A stretch of 64,000 bases of DNA from Phoronis australis (taxonomy: Eukaryota > Animalia > Phoronida). How positions within the stretch are numbered: position 1 is the stretch's first letter; every line of letters starts with the position of its first letter. Positions 52,073 through 64,000 of the stretch are shown one piece after another. The notes under the pieces are model-generated. The model searched no databases, was not told the DNA's origin, and saw nothing but the letters and a program-made list of their open reading frames with translations. A program made the position numbers and the translations under genes. The DNA is taken from positions 377,541 to 441,540 of the forward strand of contig NMRA01000165.1 of assembly GCA_002633005.1 (NCBI GenBank), given 5' to 3'.

Positions 52073-54616
52073 GTAAGGGGCCAACTTGACGCCTTTGGTA
52101 TTCCGTATGACAGTCTGGGCTTGGCTATTCAGATTCCATATGGGGCAATTAAACAATTCATTTTCTTAACCAGTGCCCAATAAACCCTTCGTTGTGTTAA
52201 CTAATACACTGGCCAACTTGGACAGTTGTATGAAGAGCAGAGTTCACAAACAACTACTTTCCCTGACTTTGCATACCGTATACACTTCAAAAGGCCTGTT
52301 GTGTGTGAATTGAAACTCATGATTTACAATTGTCCATCCACAAAACTCTAAGCCACTATGGGGCCTAATTACCTGTCCAAGCCCAAAATGAGTGGCACGG
52401 AGTTATCAACATTTTCACAAGTTATAATATCGAATCTCCTCTACCCTGAAGGTGCAGTTGCAGCATCTATGCTTTTGTCAGTGATCATACCTCAGTTATC
52501 ATAGATCATGTATTTTCTCGCTTGAGCTGTCAACAGCTTTTTGATCAATGTAGGATGCTATGATCATTGAGTCAATGTACTATAGCATTTAGGTTAGGCG
52601 CCCTCTATAAATTGCCAACCTGTTGTGATTAAAATCTCATGGTTGAATTTATTAAACTTGACAACTGTGTAAATGATTATTTGCATAAGCTGGGCAGCAC
52701 TCTCTGCTTATATGCAAATATCTGTGGTGTACTATAAAGTTTCTTCAAATTCAAACAAAAATAATGGTGGAAATTGTCATTTTCTGATGGTTGCTATTGC
52801 CAAAAATGTTCCAAATCTCTTCACTGTGTTTTTGATGACAAACATTATATAAAGTTTTCAAACAATGTTTTCTTGTTGATTTTTGTTGAAAATTTTGGTA
52901 AAATTAGATTCACTGTGTTCCACCACATTTTTTTGTGACTTGAAGGAGTTTTACTATTTTGGAGGTATTATTTAGACTTGCCACTTCTTATGGCTGTGGT
53001 CTCATTCTTCCTGTTATCTTTGCTGCTTCCTGTGTTACTCTGGGAGATATCTGTTGTTCAGGTAAATATAGGTTTCATCACCGTTATCACCCTGTGTTGT
53101 CTTTCTGATGTCCATTTTCATATGTTGTTAATGTTTATGTTTTACTTGTCGGTGTTGGCATTGCAATGGCTTAACCTGTTAGCTTAACCATGCACGACTG
53201 ATCAACTTGTATCATTAATAATTCCAAGTTACCTGGTGGCATTTTGTTTTATTTATTGCCACAAATGTCAGTAAGACCTTACCCACCCTCATCCACTAGG
53301 TGGGGCACTGACAGATCTGGTTGACGCCAGACCCCACTTAAGAGAAGCCAAACACCATGTCGTCAAATCTGTGATAATTTGTGTATTTTGTACAGATAAG
53401 CAGTCCTTCATAGGGATGCTCAAATTTCATAGTTGAAGTCGATGAAATTTTAAAATATGTTATTAACTTGCAATGACAGCATCAGATCAATACACAAGTA
53501 ATGTTTAGTGTCTACCTGTACAATTACTGGAATGGGTTTTATGGGGCACAAACAGTTTCGTGAAATTTACTGAATACTGAATTCTTAACATGACTTTAGT
53601 CGATAAACTGCCCATTGGTAAAACATGGAAGCAGTTGTGGTTTTTTAAGCAATGGTAACTTACTTTTGTGTAGTCTCCTTATTCCGCCAACTAACAGAAT
53701 TTGTGTTTCACAATTGCTCTCCATACAAATACACTGACCTTGACTGAGGAATCCGTAGGCCATGTCAGATAGTTATTGTTGAATGAATGATGCTCTTTAC
53801 GTGTGTATCTCGTGAACCCCTTGCAGGAACTTTGTGTTAAATGTGGCAACTGCATGTCTATATACAAGTGCCTACAAATGCCGACGACTTTTAGAATGGC
53901 TTCACCTACTGTGGCATCCCCTAGGAGCAGTTTTGTTTTTCTCATCTGCGGTCTTATCTCAGTCCTAAATCCCTTGCAGGATCTTTGTTAAATTTGTATT
54001 TCTAACATGACAATGGTGTCTGCCTCTCTATCGGCCAAATCACTCTAAGGATCATTATGAAATTTTTCATATGTGTTTCAACTGGGAAGAGCGCGACTGA
54101 AGACTTTTGAATGGGTATGACTAGCACGGTGCCATTTTTTGGCAATGTTGATAGATACTCATGAAATTTGCCAAATACAGTATCACTGGTCCTGTTTCAG
54201 GTGGATTTGACCTACGCTACCCCTTAGTTGCCTTGTTGCTTGTATTCATTTGTCGTCTACCTCTTATTCTTCCAAACTTCTTGAAGAATCACAATAAAAG
54301 GTGGCAGACATGTTATGAGAGAATTTCTGTCTTGTTTTGCACCCTCTGGAGGCCATTACTATAGTTAACTACTATTGCTCCTTCTTGTGGGAATGTTTAA
54401 AATGACGACCATCTCTTGTATCTGCACTGCACACGATGGATGCATATGAACACTCTGCAGGTGCTCTTGTTATAGTCCAATGTGTCAAAAATGGGTGAGA
54501 AAGAATGTTACCACAGACAGACAGTGGTTACACCTGATCCCCATCTCTGTTCCCCAATCCCTAAACAAAAGAAGCCAGTCATAAAAGTCCAGACCCTGTG
54601 GTAAGTGCCTGTATTA

Positions 54617-54883
54617 CTGTAAACGTTCGGGTTAACACCCATGCTCATTTAACCGCCCACTTCCTAATTTAGTTGGATTTTCGATTTAACCGCCTACTAC
54701 TCGGTTAATCGCCCCTATGCGATTTCTGAAGATTTCCAGTTATGCGCCCACCTCTTGGCTAAGCGCCCATCCCTGGATTTCTTGAAATTTCACGTTTAAG
54801 CGCCCATGTCTGGTTAACCGCCCGCCCCTGATTTTTGGGTTTGCCAATTTAACCGCCCAGGGCGTTAACCCGAACGTTTACGG
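54617..54883. mobile_element. Tc1/mariner(pogo)-type MITE with internal repeats
   Basis: TA|CTGTAAACGTTCGGGTTAACACCC ... GGGCGTTAACCCGAACGTTTACGG|TA; about 8 internal TAA(C/G)CGCCC-like motifs. Confidence 0.85.
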
Positions 54884-56148
54884 TATAGTAATCCCAACTA
54901 ACCCTAAGAGGGATTCATAGTAACTTTCCCAGCCTGTTGGGAAACTCAATGGATGGGGGGGGGGGAAGTTGTTGGTTATTTGTTATGATCGCGGACAATG
55001 GGCTACATGAACCACTGAACAACAGAGAAAATTTTCTGATGCTATCCAGAATGAATACTGAACATGACAAAGTTGGCATGCCTTGCAGTTTCTACCTATT
55101 TCCATCTGAATATTAACCTTGAGTTTCCACTATATGGGAAATAAACTGCATTTGTTGACGTCTTTAGATTCATGTTTCTAATATTGACATTGTGGCTAGT
55201 TATTATATTGAATAATCATTTTATTTACTCAACATGCCACTTAGGCAATTTATTTGCAACTGACAAATAAATTTATACGGTATAACATTCATCCTCTGAA
55301 TTCTCTCTGAAGACAAAAACTGCCAAAAATCGTTACTCTCTGTAAACTGACTTCTTTCAATTTGACTCTATGTTATGTTTCCACTCAAAGGATTGCTACA
55401 TTCTTGCCAAAATACTCTAAATATTGTCGTGTATTCTATGGTGACAACTAAGTAGTAAATTCAACTTTCTGGCCTTTTGTTTATATTTTGTTGTGCCATT
55501 TTATGTTATAAAATTCCTTTTTCTTTCAATTTCTGATGAAGGCCATGAAACCAACTCTCTGACATGTCAACTGTGGATGTCACAGCTCAATTCACATTTA
55601 GCCAAATGGTGCTGCTGGCAACTGACTGTCCAAGAGACATTGATGTGAATTCCAATATTTTCTCTTTGGGAATTCATAATGTGTTTTAGCAGAGACTTGA
55701 TGTATTGGAAAATCTATATTTTGAGTTGTCCCTGATCACAGCATGAAGATTACTGATCAGAGACTTTCTATTTTAGTAAACAGGATTAGTATAATTAATG
55801 AATGAACAGATTATCTCCCTTGGTAACTAGCCAGGATCAGCAGGATTATAACTGTTAAGTACATTATGGTAATTAGCTTCATAGTACTAGCTTGCTAGCA
55901 ATGAATGATTGAGAAACTAACCATGCTCTTTTACTGTGTCTTTCAAGTATCCGTCTTACTGATTTCATTTTCCAAACCCTTTCTCTTTCTGTGCCTTTCA
56001 ACTTAATTGTCTACTATACATCATGACTGTTGTTCTAATATTTTGTCAAACTCTCTTCGTTTACACTGTATTCCAAATTGTTATCATGGCACTAGTGTAG
56101 CCCTGACGGACACATGTAAATCAGCTATGTTGTTTTCCATCATTCTAG

Positions 56149-56399
56149 TGTCGCAGAGCTCCAGCCAGCAACCACTAGGGGGTGCTAGTAGCTCTGTTAA
56201 GATGTCTCACTCACTGGTGCGCACTCATTCCACAGCCATCACTGCCGGCCAATCAAGACTGTCAGCCAGACGGATAGCCATTGACTTATTTCGGGAGAAG
56301 GGGATATTTGGGTTATACAAGGGTATTCGTGCCACACTGTTGAGAGACGTGACATTTTCAGCTATTTATTTTCCACTATTTGCCCATCTTAATTCGAAG
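56149..56399 (+). CDS. SLC25A22: SLC25A22/18-like coding exon 6
   Basis: Ser-rich loop, then [32 protein letters not shown]. Acceptor ttctAG, donor AAG|GTAACT. Confidence 0.9.
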
Positions 56400-57804
56400 G
56401 TAACTTTTTCCCTTGTATTAAATATACTCTTGATTGTTTTAGAAATTGTTTTATCATATGAACCTGTGATGCTGTGCCAGCGGGAACACTAAAATTTTCA
56501 ATCCTGGTGATACGGTTTTGTTAACCAAACATGTTTGTGGAAACATTTTAGTTTCACCATATTTTGTGAAATTTGTCAAATTACTGACTCACAGTGGCTT
56601 TATCTATTGTCAGTTGCTTTGAAAACAAAGTACAGAAACATAGTGTGTTACTGGAGTCATTAAACAAATATACCTGAGCTCTTACTGCAGTGACTGCATT
56701 CTACTAATGCTATAGCTGTGGGATAGGGTACTTACTGTTGTCTTGTGTGGGAATGGGGTTAATAATGCATGAACCAGAGTCATTATGGGTCTGTAGTCTG
56801 TGGATTGTTTTGTCATCCTGTGCAACAAATCCATATTGCAGTTAAAGCTGCATTTCGAGCCTAATAAGCTTTCAACGCTGTATTACTAACCGAAACGCTG
56901 GAATTTCAAAACTCATCCTGTCTTGAATTTTTGTCTTATGAGCAACTCAAGTCACAGATAGTGCATGCCTGAGTTATTTTCGAATCAGCAATTTAGTGTG
57001 TAGAGCCAACCCTTATAAACTGTGAAGTGATTTTGTGGGTCTGATTTTCAACGTTCTTTTTGGTACGGTAGGTAGAATTCTTATCATAGCAAGGGACCTT
57101 ATAAAACCTATGAGTCAGTAGAGGGTCTAATCTTGTTTAAGTTTCTTAGCCAGCAAAAGAAGACGAAATGTAGTTATGAATTTAAATCTAATGTAAAAAC
57201 ATCATATCTTGTTTAAGGTTAAGAAGGACCCTGTCCAAACTTTGGAATGTCATCTCAGAAATGGCTGGTCCAATTTTTATGAACTTTTCACCTACATGTA
57301 CTAGGCTTTTTGCAGTGTTCTCCAAACTACTTTTCTTTTGAAATGTTCCACTTTTGCTTGAGGGGCTATCGGAAATAGGACATTTACGGCTTTTAGGAAA
57401 AAATCAAAAGTTGGCATAAAACAAAAACAAAATATTTTACAAAACTGTAACAGCATTTTTGAGATTTCATCTTGCCAATTTTAATTGGTAATCAAACAAA
57501 ATTTTGCCTTGCGATTGGTATTGTTGTTTCGCTTTGAATGTGCATTTCTTCATAAATTTAACCAAAAAGGCAGGATTAGGTGACTCGATTAACAATTGAC
57601 TGATTGAAATAAAGTTGAAAACCAAAAGTCTTCTCTTTCGGAAAATAAAAGATTACAGACAAGCTGTAGTTTTGCTAGATACTCAGCTAACTGTTTTTAC
57701 TTGTTCATAAGGTCCTAGTACATGGCTTCACGTCATTGGCATTAAATAGCAATCATGATTTTATTGGTTCTGCTTGACTTCCTTGTCGGCCTGTTTTCTT
57801 GCAG

Positions 57805-57907
57805 GGAAAGAGGCGAGAGGGTAGTAACCAATCAGTGTTCTACCACAGCTTCATATCTGGCTGTGCTGCTGGCTCTGTCGCTTCATTTAGTGTGAACCCA
57901 TTCGATG
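57805..57907 (+). CDS. SLC25A22: SLC25A22/18-like coding exon 7
   Basis: FYHSFISGCAAGSVASFSVNPFD. Acceptor ttgcAG, donor G|GTGAGT. Confidence 0.92.
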
Positions 57908-59236
57908 GTGAGTACCGGATAGTTAAAGCTCACGTACCTCTTGAGAACATTCAAGTCATTCGGTGGATTAATTGTTATAGGGTAGCTGTGTGATCAAACT
58001 GTCTATGTTTGGAATTTTATCTGGTCATGAACATAGACCATGGTTCAGCGAAGTTGGGTTGGTGAAACTGGTCAGTTATTATCATGTAACATCATGGAGT
58101 GTCAGAAATAGGGACACATTACACTCATCACGAGATCCGTTGATGTCATCGCTTTGTGTCCTCGCCTTCCTCACAGGTTAACACGACACCTCTCGGCCTG
58201 ACACTGTTAACAGAGCAGCTGGTGATGGACACAGCTAGACCAATTAAACCAGTAAATAATATGACATCAAATCGTGTGCATATTGTCTATAAGGGAATGG
58301 AAGGTTGAAAATGCAAAAAAACATAAACCGGTGCAGACCGTAACTCAGACACCAGGAAGAACTTGGATTATTATATACAAGTATAAAATGTTTGGTAAAT
58401 TGTTACAAGAGTGAAAAGCAAGTTAAATGCTAATAAAATGAATAAAGGTAAACTAAAAATACAAGTGATGCAGAAGGTGCAGCATTTATTGCTAAAGGAA
58501 TACAATGCAGTAATATATAATTACAATGCATTGCAAACGAGGGATGGAAGATGAGAATTAAGAGAAAAGTAACAAACATTATGATAATGGGTGTTTAATA
58601 GTAAAAGGGAAAAGATTGCCTACTATGTCATTTTCATGTGAACTGGGTAACAACGTGATAAAAACATGGTTAAACCTCTTGAAGGGAAGTGTACGCTGAA
58701 ACATGTGGGGAATTGAGTTGGCTTGATTTATTAAATGAATATAAGGGTATTCCATAAAAATATATTTATGATGAGGGTAGCAAACGGGTAGGTCAATTAT
58801 TTTCCACTTTTATAGAGGCAGTGTGGGGTAGAGAGGATTGGTTGAATAGGGGAATTGCTTGGGAGGCATTGAGTAAATGGTGATTCTGTTCAGGTCCTAA
58901 ATATGGTTGAGGGAAGGAGCAGGAAACAGTGACGTGTTGTAGTCATAGTTACTGGCTCCACGAAGATGCACATTACAAACATCTTAATGAGTTTCAACTC
59001 AAGATGTCAGTGGTCCAGTATTTTCCAAATCCAGGTATCAATCTTGCCTTATAGCTCTTCAGGCAGGAGGTAAGGAACAGATGATGGTAATGTCAATGGA
59101 AGGAGGGCTTACAAACTTAGTAAATGTTATTACCACCGAGTCCCTTGACTCTGGAAACACAATTTAACTTCCTAATGAACTACAAGTGTAAAATTGGCCA
59201 TTAGCATTTACTTTAAACCAATTTTTTAAAATTCAT

Positions 59237-59358
59237 TTAATATATTCATCTTAATGTACATCAAACAGTTATCATTCATTGCATTGTCATCATGACATTA
59301 ATATATTCATCTTAATGTACATCAAACAGTTATCATTCATTGCATTGTCATCATGACA
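59237..59358. repeat. Perfect 61-bp tandem duplication
   Basis: TTAATATATTCATC...CATCATGACA twice (59237-59297, 59298-59358). Confidence 0.9.
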
Positions 59359-59409
59359 GCTCATTCGTCAGTACAAAAATTTTTCAGCTATGTATGTTTT
59401 TGTTTTCAG

Positions 59410-59485
59410 TTGTAAAAACTCGTCTTCAGCTTATCCACAAAGGGTCGGGTGAGGAGTCCTATAATGGTGTCCTAGACTGCTTCAG
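59410..59485 (+). CDS. SLC25A22: SLC25A22/18-like coding exon 8
   Basis: VVKTRLQLIHKGSGEESYNGVLDCF completes the third signature motif. Acceptor ttttcAG, donor AG|GTAGAG. Confidence 0.92.
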
Positions 59486-60895
59486 GTAGAGTTGTTTTAC
59501 TATAAATGGGTTTTTTGATTCCATCGTCTCCACCCACTGCGGTATCTCCTATCACTCCTTGATCTAAACTGAAGTTTTGAAGATGTGTTATTATCGTGGA
59601 TGGGAGTCACACACTAACTTTTTGCCTGCTGTGCCCCTGTGGTGGCACTTCTTTTTACAACGGTTATCCTCAATATATTCCTAGTGCCACGTAGAGGGTT
59701 TCTATTAAGGAGATGCCTGCACCTTCCGATTTCATTTTGGTTAGGCACTGAATGAATTCTCTGCACAATGATAAGTTGATCAGTTGAGATGCTGGCACCC
59801 TGTTCGTTAACTAATAAACATAAATAAGTTAAAATAACAGAATGCTCAGTGCACATTCCATTCAGCACTTATCGCTGCTCGAAATCAAAGCTGGTAAACA
59901 TATCTGAGACACTGCGTACTCGTAATGTGGCCGTCTGTAGTCAGTAAAATACCCATGCACGGATGAGCTCGTGTGGAATGTTGAAGGGATTCAACATATT
60001 CTGCCCCCCCCATTGGCCATTTTTATAGCTGTTCTGTGGGGTCCGCAGTTCATTTTGCCAAACACCATAATTTGAAGATCATAAAGATTATGAAATTAAA
60101 AGTTCTAATTGAGTAGAGCATGGCTGACATTGACTTTCAGTTTGTTTATAGTGCTCCCTTGTGGCAATGTTGGTGCTAACTTGCTCCTGGCGTAATGTCT
60201 AGCACATTCCTCAAGATCTGCATGAAATGAGGTTAATGTATAGTTCCGGTTGTTGCTGATGTTAATTTTGAGAGGTGCAGACTACCATGGCATCCCCTAT
60301 TGGCAGTTTTGTTTTTCAGTGTCTACATACCATGAATTTAGGGAAATATTTTTTGAAATAAGACAACAGCACCTGCCATGTTTCAGATGGACTCTACCAG
60401 TCTGCGCCCCCAATGGACATGTTATGCACCCGTATTATGTGACTTTCAGATGAATTTGACTACTGCTCTGCCACATATAGTGTCAATTTCAACATTTTGT
60501 GTATCATGCTTTTATATCAAGCTGGATGTTTACGGTAAAGTCGCGTGATTTTCGGACACTGAAAATTAATTCCAATAGAAAAAAAATCATTCTTGGACGA
60601 ATCTCGCGAAATATCATTTTGTGGTGTCCGAATTTGGCGGACCTCCAAATTTGGGTTTCCGCTAGTGTCCGAATTTCGTGGGNATGTAATTTAACAGATG
60701 TGTGTCCCTGTCAAAGAGACGAGATTAACAATTACTTTTCTGCCCAATTGTGATGATTTTAGTATTTTGGTATGTAAGTGCTTAAAATTACAAGGCATAC
60801 CCACTCATTGTATTAGTCTCCAAAATGATTTTCATACCAAAATTTGAAATGTATGTCTGTTCTAAATGCTGCAATTTTAATGTGTTTTACAACAG

Positions 60896-61040
60896 GAAGA
60901 CCTACCATCAAGAGGGTGCTAAAGCGTTCTTCAAAGGTGCTGGCTGTCGTATACTGGTCATAGCACCATTATTTGGTATTGCTCAGACTGTGTACTACCT
61001 CGGAGTGGCTGAGTTCATATTGGGACTGGACAGGTTGTGA
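60896..61040 (+). CDS. SLC25A22: SLC25A22/18-like last coding exon
   Basis: [34 protein letters not shown], then TGA. Total CDS 993 nt (330 aa). Confidence 0.93.
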
Positions 61041-63101
61041 TACAATAGGTGTCGCTGCTGGTCAACCCAGCTTAGTGCTGCTGTTTCTAGTAATCTTGAT
61101 TTACAGTGGTCTTTTGGAGGTTATAATTAAATGTTTTATTTTGAAAATGTATCTCATGTTAATTTTACCATGTAAGAGGTTATGAACCCTTCAGAAGGCA
61201 GCTGTTCATACATTTTTATCTGCAGTGCATGTACTAATTTGTGAAGTCTTGTCCTTGTGCATAGTTTATAATGTGCATTTGACCAGTTAGGAAGCTTACT
61301 AGCATCAAGTAATGTTACTGCAGAGCCAATCGTCTATTTCTGTGTCTAATCAATGTTGTGGTGGCCAGTCAAAAAACAAATATTAAATTAACTGTTCATT
61401 TTGCAATATTTTGGCCTCAGTAGTTTGTCCAGATTGTTAAAAAAAACTGATGCCTTTAAACAAAGAATTCTTGGTTTCAATCATTTCAATTAACTGTCCT
61501 AGTAGTTTTTCACATGATGCTAACTCTATTGTTGATGTGATCTACAGATAAGCATATTACTATCTCCCACCTTTTGTTCTGTGATATACATATATTGGAG
61601 ACACAGTACTAAGTGCCATATAAGTGCCGGGTTAAGAGAGGACCTTAGTCATGATTTAAGTGATACTGAGTACTGCAAAGCTTCTTAAAGAAGCTGGTAA
61701 TTGTCACAAGCTGCCATCCAAGCGGCCATCAACCTGCCTTCCAACTTTTTAAATTCAAGACCACTAAAGGGTATGAAATTGTTATATATTTGTCTACTGT
61801 TATCTCAATATCTGGGCTTGGAAAGAAGTGATAGCTCATTTAACAATTTGGCTTTTCAGTCATTCCATTCCCGAGTATGGTCTCTTTTGTGGAATGCAGG
61901 CTTGTGGCAGCTTTAAGACGGCTCAGAGTGCCTCCAGGCTCCTGGTGATAGAAGCTGGTAGTTAAACTAACAGCTTGTATTATAAATGTTGCGTTGGTAT
62001 AGTGCATTTAATTTATTGCGTTGAGAAATATGTTAATTTTATTCCTTTGTTGCTTGTCTTGCTATTCACTACGTTTGTCAGTGTTACAAGATGGTAGGGC
62101 TTACAGCTTCGGCATGTCAAAACATGCAGTTTTAGTTCATTTGTATCGCAATTCTCACTCACACTGTGAACTTCCAATGCAGCTTCACATTTACCTACAT
62201 GTTTAGAATAGTTGTTTTATTATCTATTACTGAGGGACATTATGCAATCACATACTACCAATTTTTCAATCACATCTTATCCGAAGTTGAGTAATCTATT
62301 TATTTTTGTGCACAAGATGTGTTGTGAAGTCTCCTCAGCCTGAAGTAGCCAGGAACCATTAGAGATACTCAATGCAGCTGTCATTTACACGGTACCTGGT
62401 TTGCATGTAGACTGCTAAATGACATGTGGTAAGTGAGGACTCAATAGCTGGCACAATCTGATGTCTAAATTCAACGTGTTAAAGGGACTGTTAGTAAATT
62501 TATGCAATGTTACTAATAAAGTAATATATGAAATGTGTGTTTATCTCCTGAGCAGCATTGTTGCTCAAATCCATTAACTGTTTATAATTATAACTCCATA
62601 CAATACAGTCACAACAACAATCTGGTTCAATATATTACTATCCCAAAGAACTCATTCCCTTGTACATAAAGCGTGTTTCACTACAGGATGAAATTGTTAA
62701 CGTGTTGGATTGATTGTACCCAGTACTACCCTACCACATGCAATCGTACAACAGCACAGGTGAAACTGTCTTGAGAATATGATGCACAGATTGACAATTG
62801 AAAGCTATGAGCTCAAATCTTGAAATATGAGTAACACGGTCAGTATGAATACAATACACAATGACTGAATATTAATTCTTTAACTACATCCCTGGCATTA
62901 GGCTTCACGTTCAAGTACCCAAATATACAACACTGATATTCTGAATTAGTCACATCAAAATAATGACACAATTTAAAGCAGCTAACAACCCGTCCTCTCC
63001 CGTCAAAGCAACTAACATGTATAAGGGCAAATACCTCCAATCAAAAGTTAATTTTTTGACGGAAAATGGGTTAAGCGCTTCCAAATGAACTGAAACTAGA
63101 T

Positions 63102-63194
63102 TAGTTAACAACTGTACACGACCTCTCCACTTTAGTCCGTAAACTGTCGGTTGATATTTTTCCCAAACAACATTTCCCGTAGAGCTGGCTGCAT
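63102..63194 (-). CDS. Possible terminal exon of an unidentified convergent gene
   Basis: Strong minus-strand acceptor TTTTGTTTTATTGCAG just above 63194, followed by short open frames (MQPALREMLFGKNINRQFTD* or CSQLYGKCCLGKISTDSLRTKVERSCTVVN*). Frame and product are unknown. Confidence 0.25.
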
Positions 63195-64000
63195 CTGCAA
63201 TAAAACAAAACTTACTTACACAGCAATTGCAGAGTCTACAAATACAGGTGAAGACAACAGTGATATGTCAATAACAGGAGCAATTGAAATACTTTGAGTC
63301 TCCAGGCAAGGCTGATGAAGAAAATTGTGTAAAGTGTATCGGAATTCTTCACCTATTTAGCAAACCCTATGGCAGACAAAGGAAATTGTTTTTTGCCAGA
63401 TTTCTCAACAAAAATAGACATTAAGAATTTTTTCATCTATTCTTAGCTTGAAATTGATTTCTTCTATTTTTCCCAACCAGAAAAGTGTGTGTACCTTGAA
63501 ATTCTTAGCTTGATTTGTAACATATATAGATGTCATGACATAAAAACAACATTAGGAAAATTTTCATGATTTGCAATTTCTGAAAATGACTTCTTAAAAC
63601 CACTTTCAGCTGGTGATGTAACCCCACCACTAATGGTCTATTTACCCCAACCTCAAGACCGTCTGGCACAACTTTTCGATCAGTCACTTCTTTGGCAGGA
63701 ACTTCGATGCCAAATATTGGCCCATTCCGCAATGACAAATATTTAAAAACCACATAAAATTCTCCTCATTCAGTCCCAAATTCCCCTTCAGTGATTAAAA
63801 AAACCCTCAAGGTTAGAATCAGTTCTTCAAATCGTCAGTTTTGGCTACATGATGCATTGCCAATGAGGGAGAAGACATGATTATTTAAACAAGAGCAATG
63901 TGGAGTGTTGAAATGCGCTCACAAATGCATTGCAAATGGTGTGCTTTTAGGGTTACTTATTTGTATCATAAAAATGGCCACTAGATGGCGCAAAAACATA

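Noticed and set aside
58200-59160. Possible minus-strand LINE 3' remnant
   Set aside because: Composition is suggestive, but no convincing motif could be read by eye.

Overview
AT-rich eukaryotic genomic DNA, probably from a marine invertebrate (inferred from gene content and repeat types; the species cannot be determined). It contains one assembly gap. Two spliced + strand genes can be rebuilt by hand with GT-AG introns of consistent phase. (1) A TNFAIP3/A20-like OTU deubiquitinase has 4 coding exons (10042-15409, about 973 aa), an intact Asp/Cys/His catalytic set and ten A20-type zinc fingers; NF-kB-like sites lie upstream. (2) An SLC25A22/SLC25A18-like mitochondrial glutamate carrier has 9 coding exons (37550-61040, about 330 aa). 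The rest is rich in non-autonomous transposons. The most notable is a complete 539-bp miniature LTR element (TRIM) whose LTRs carry a tRNA-like Pol III promoter, with a tRNA-Ser PBS, a PPT and a 4-bp TSD. Also notable is a Kolobok-like family (two copies) whose right end appears to be an inverted copy of its THAP-coding left end. Most short ORFs in the track are spurious.
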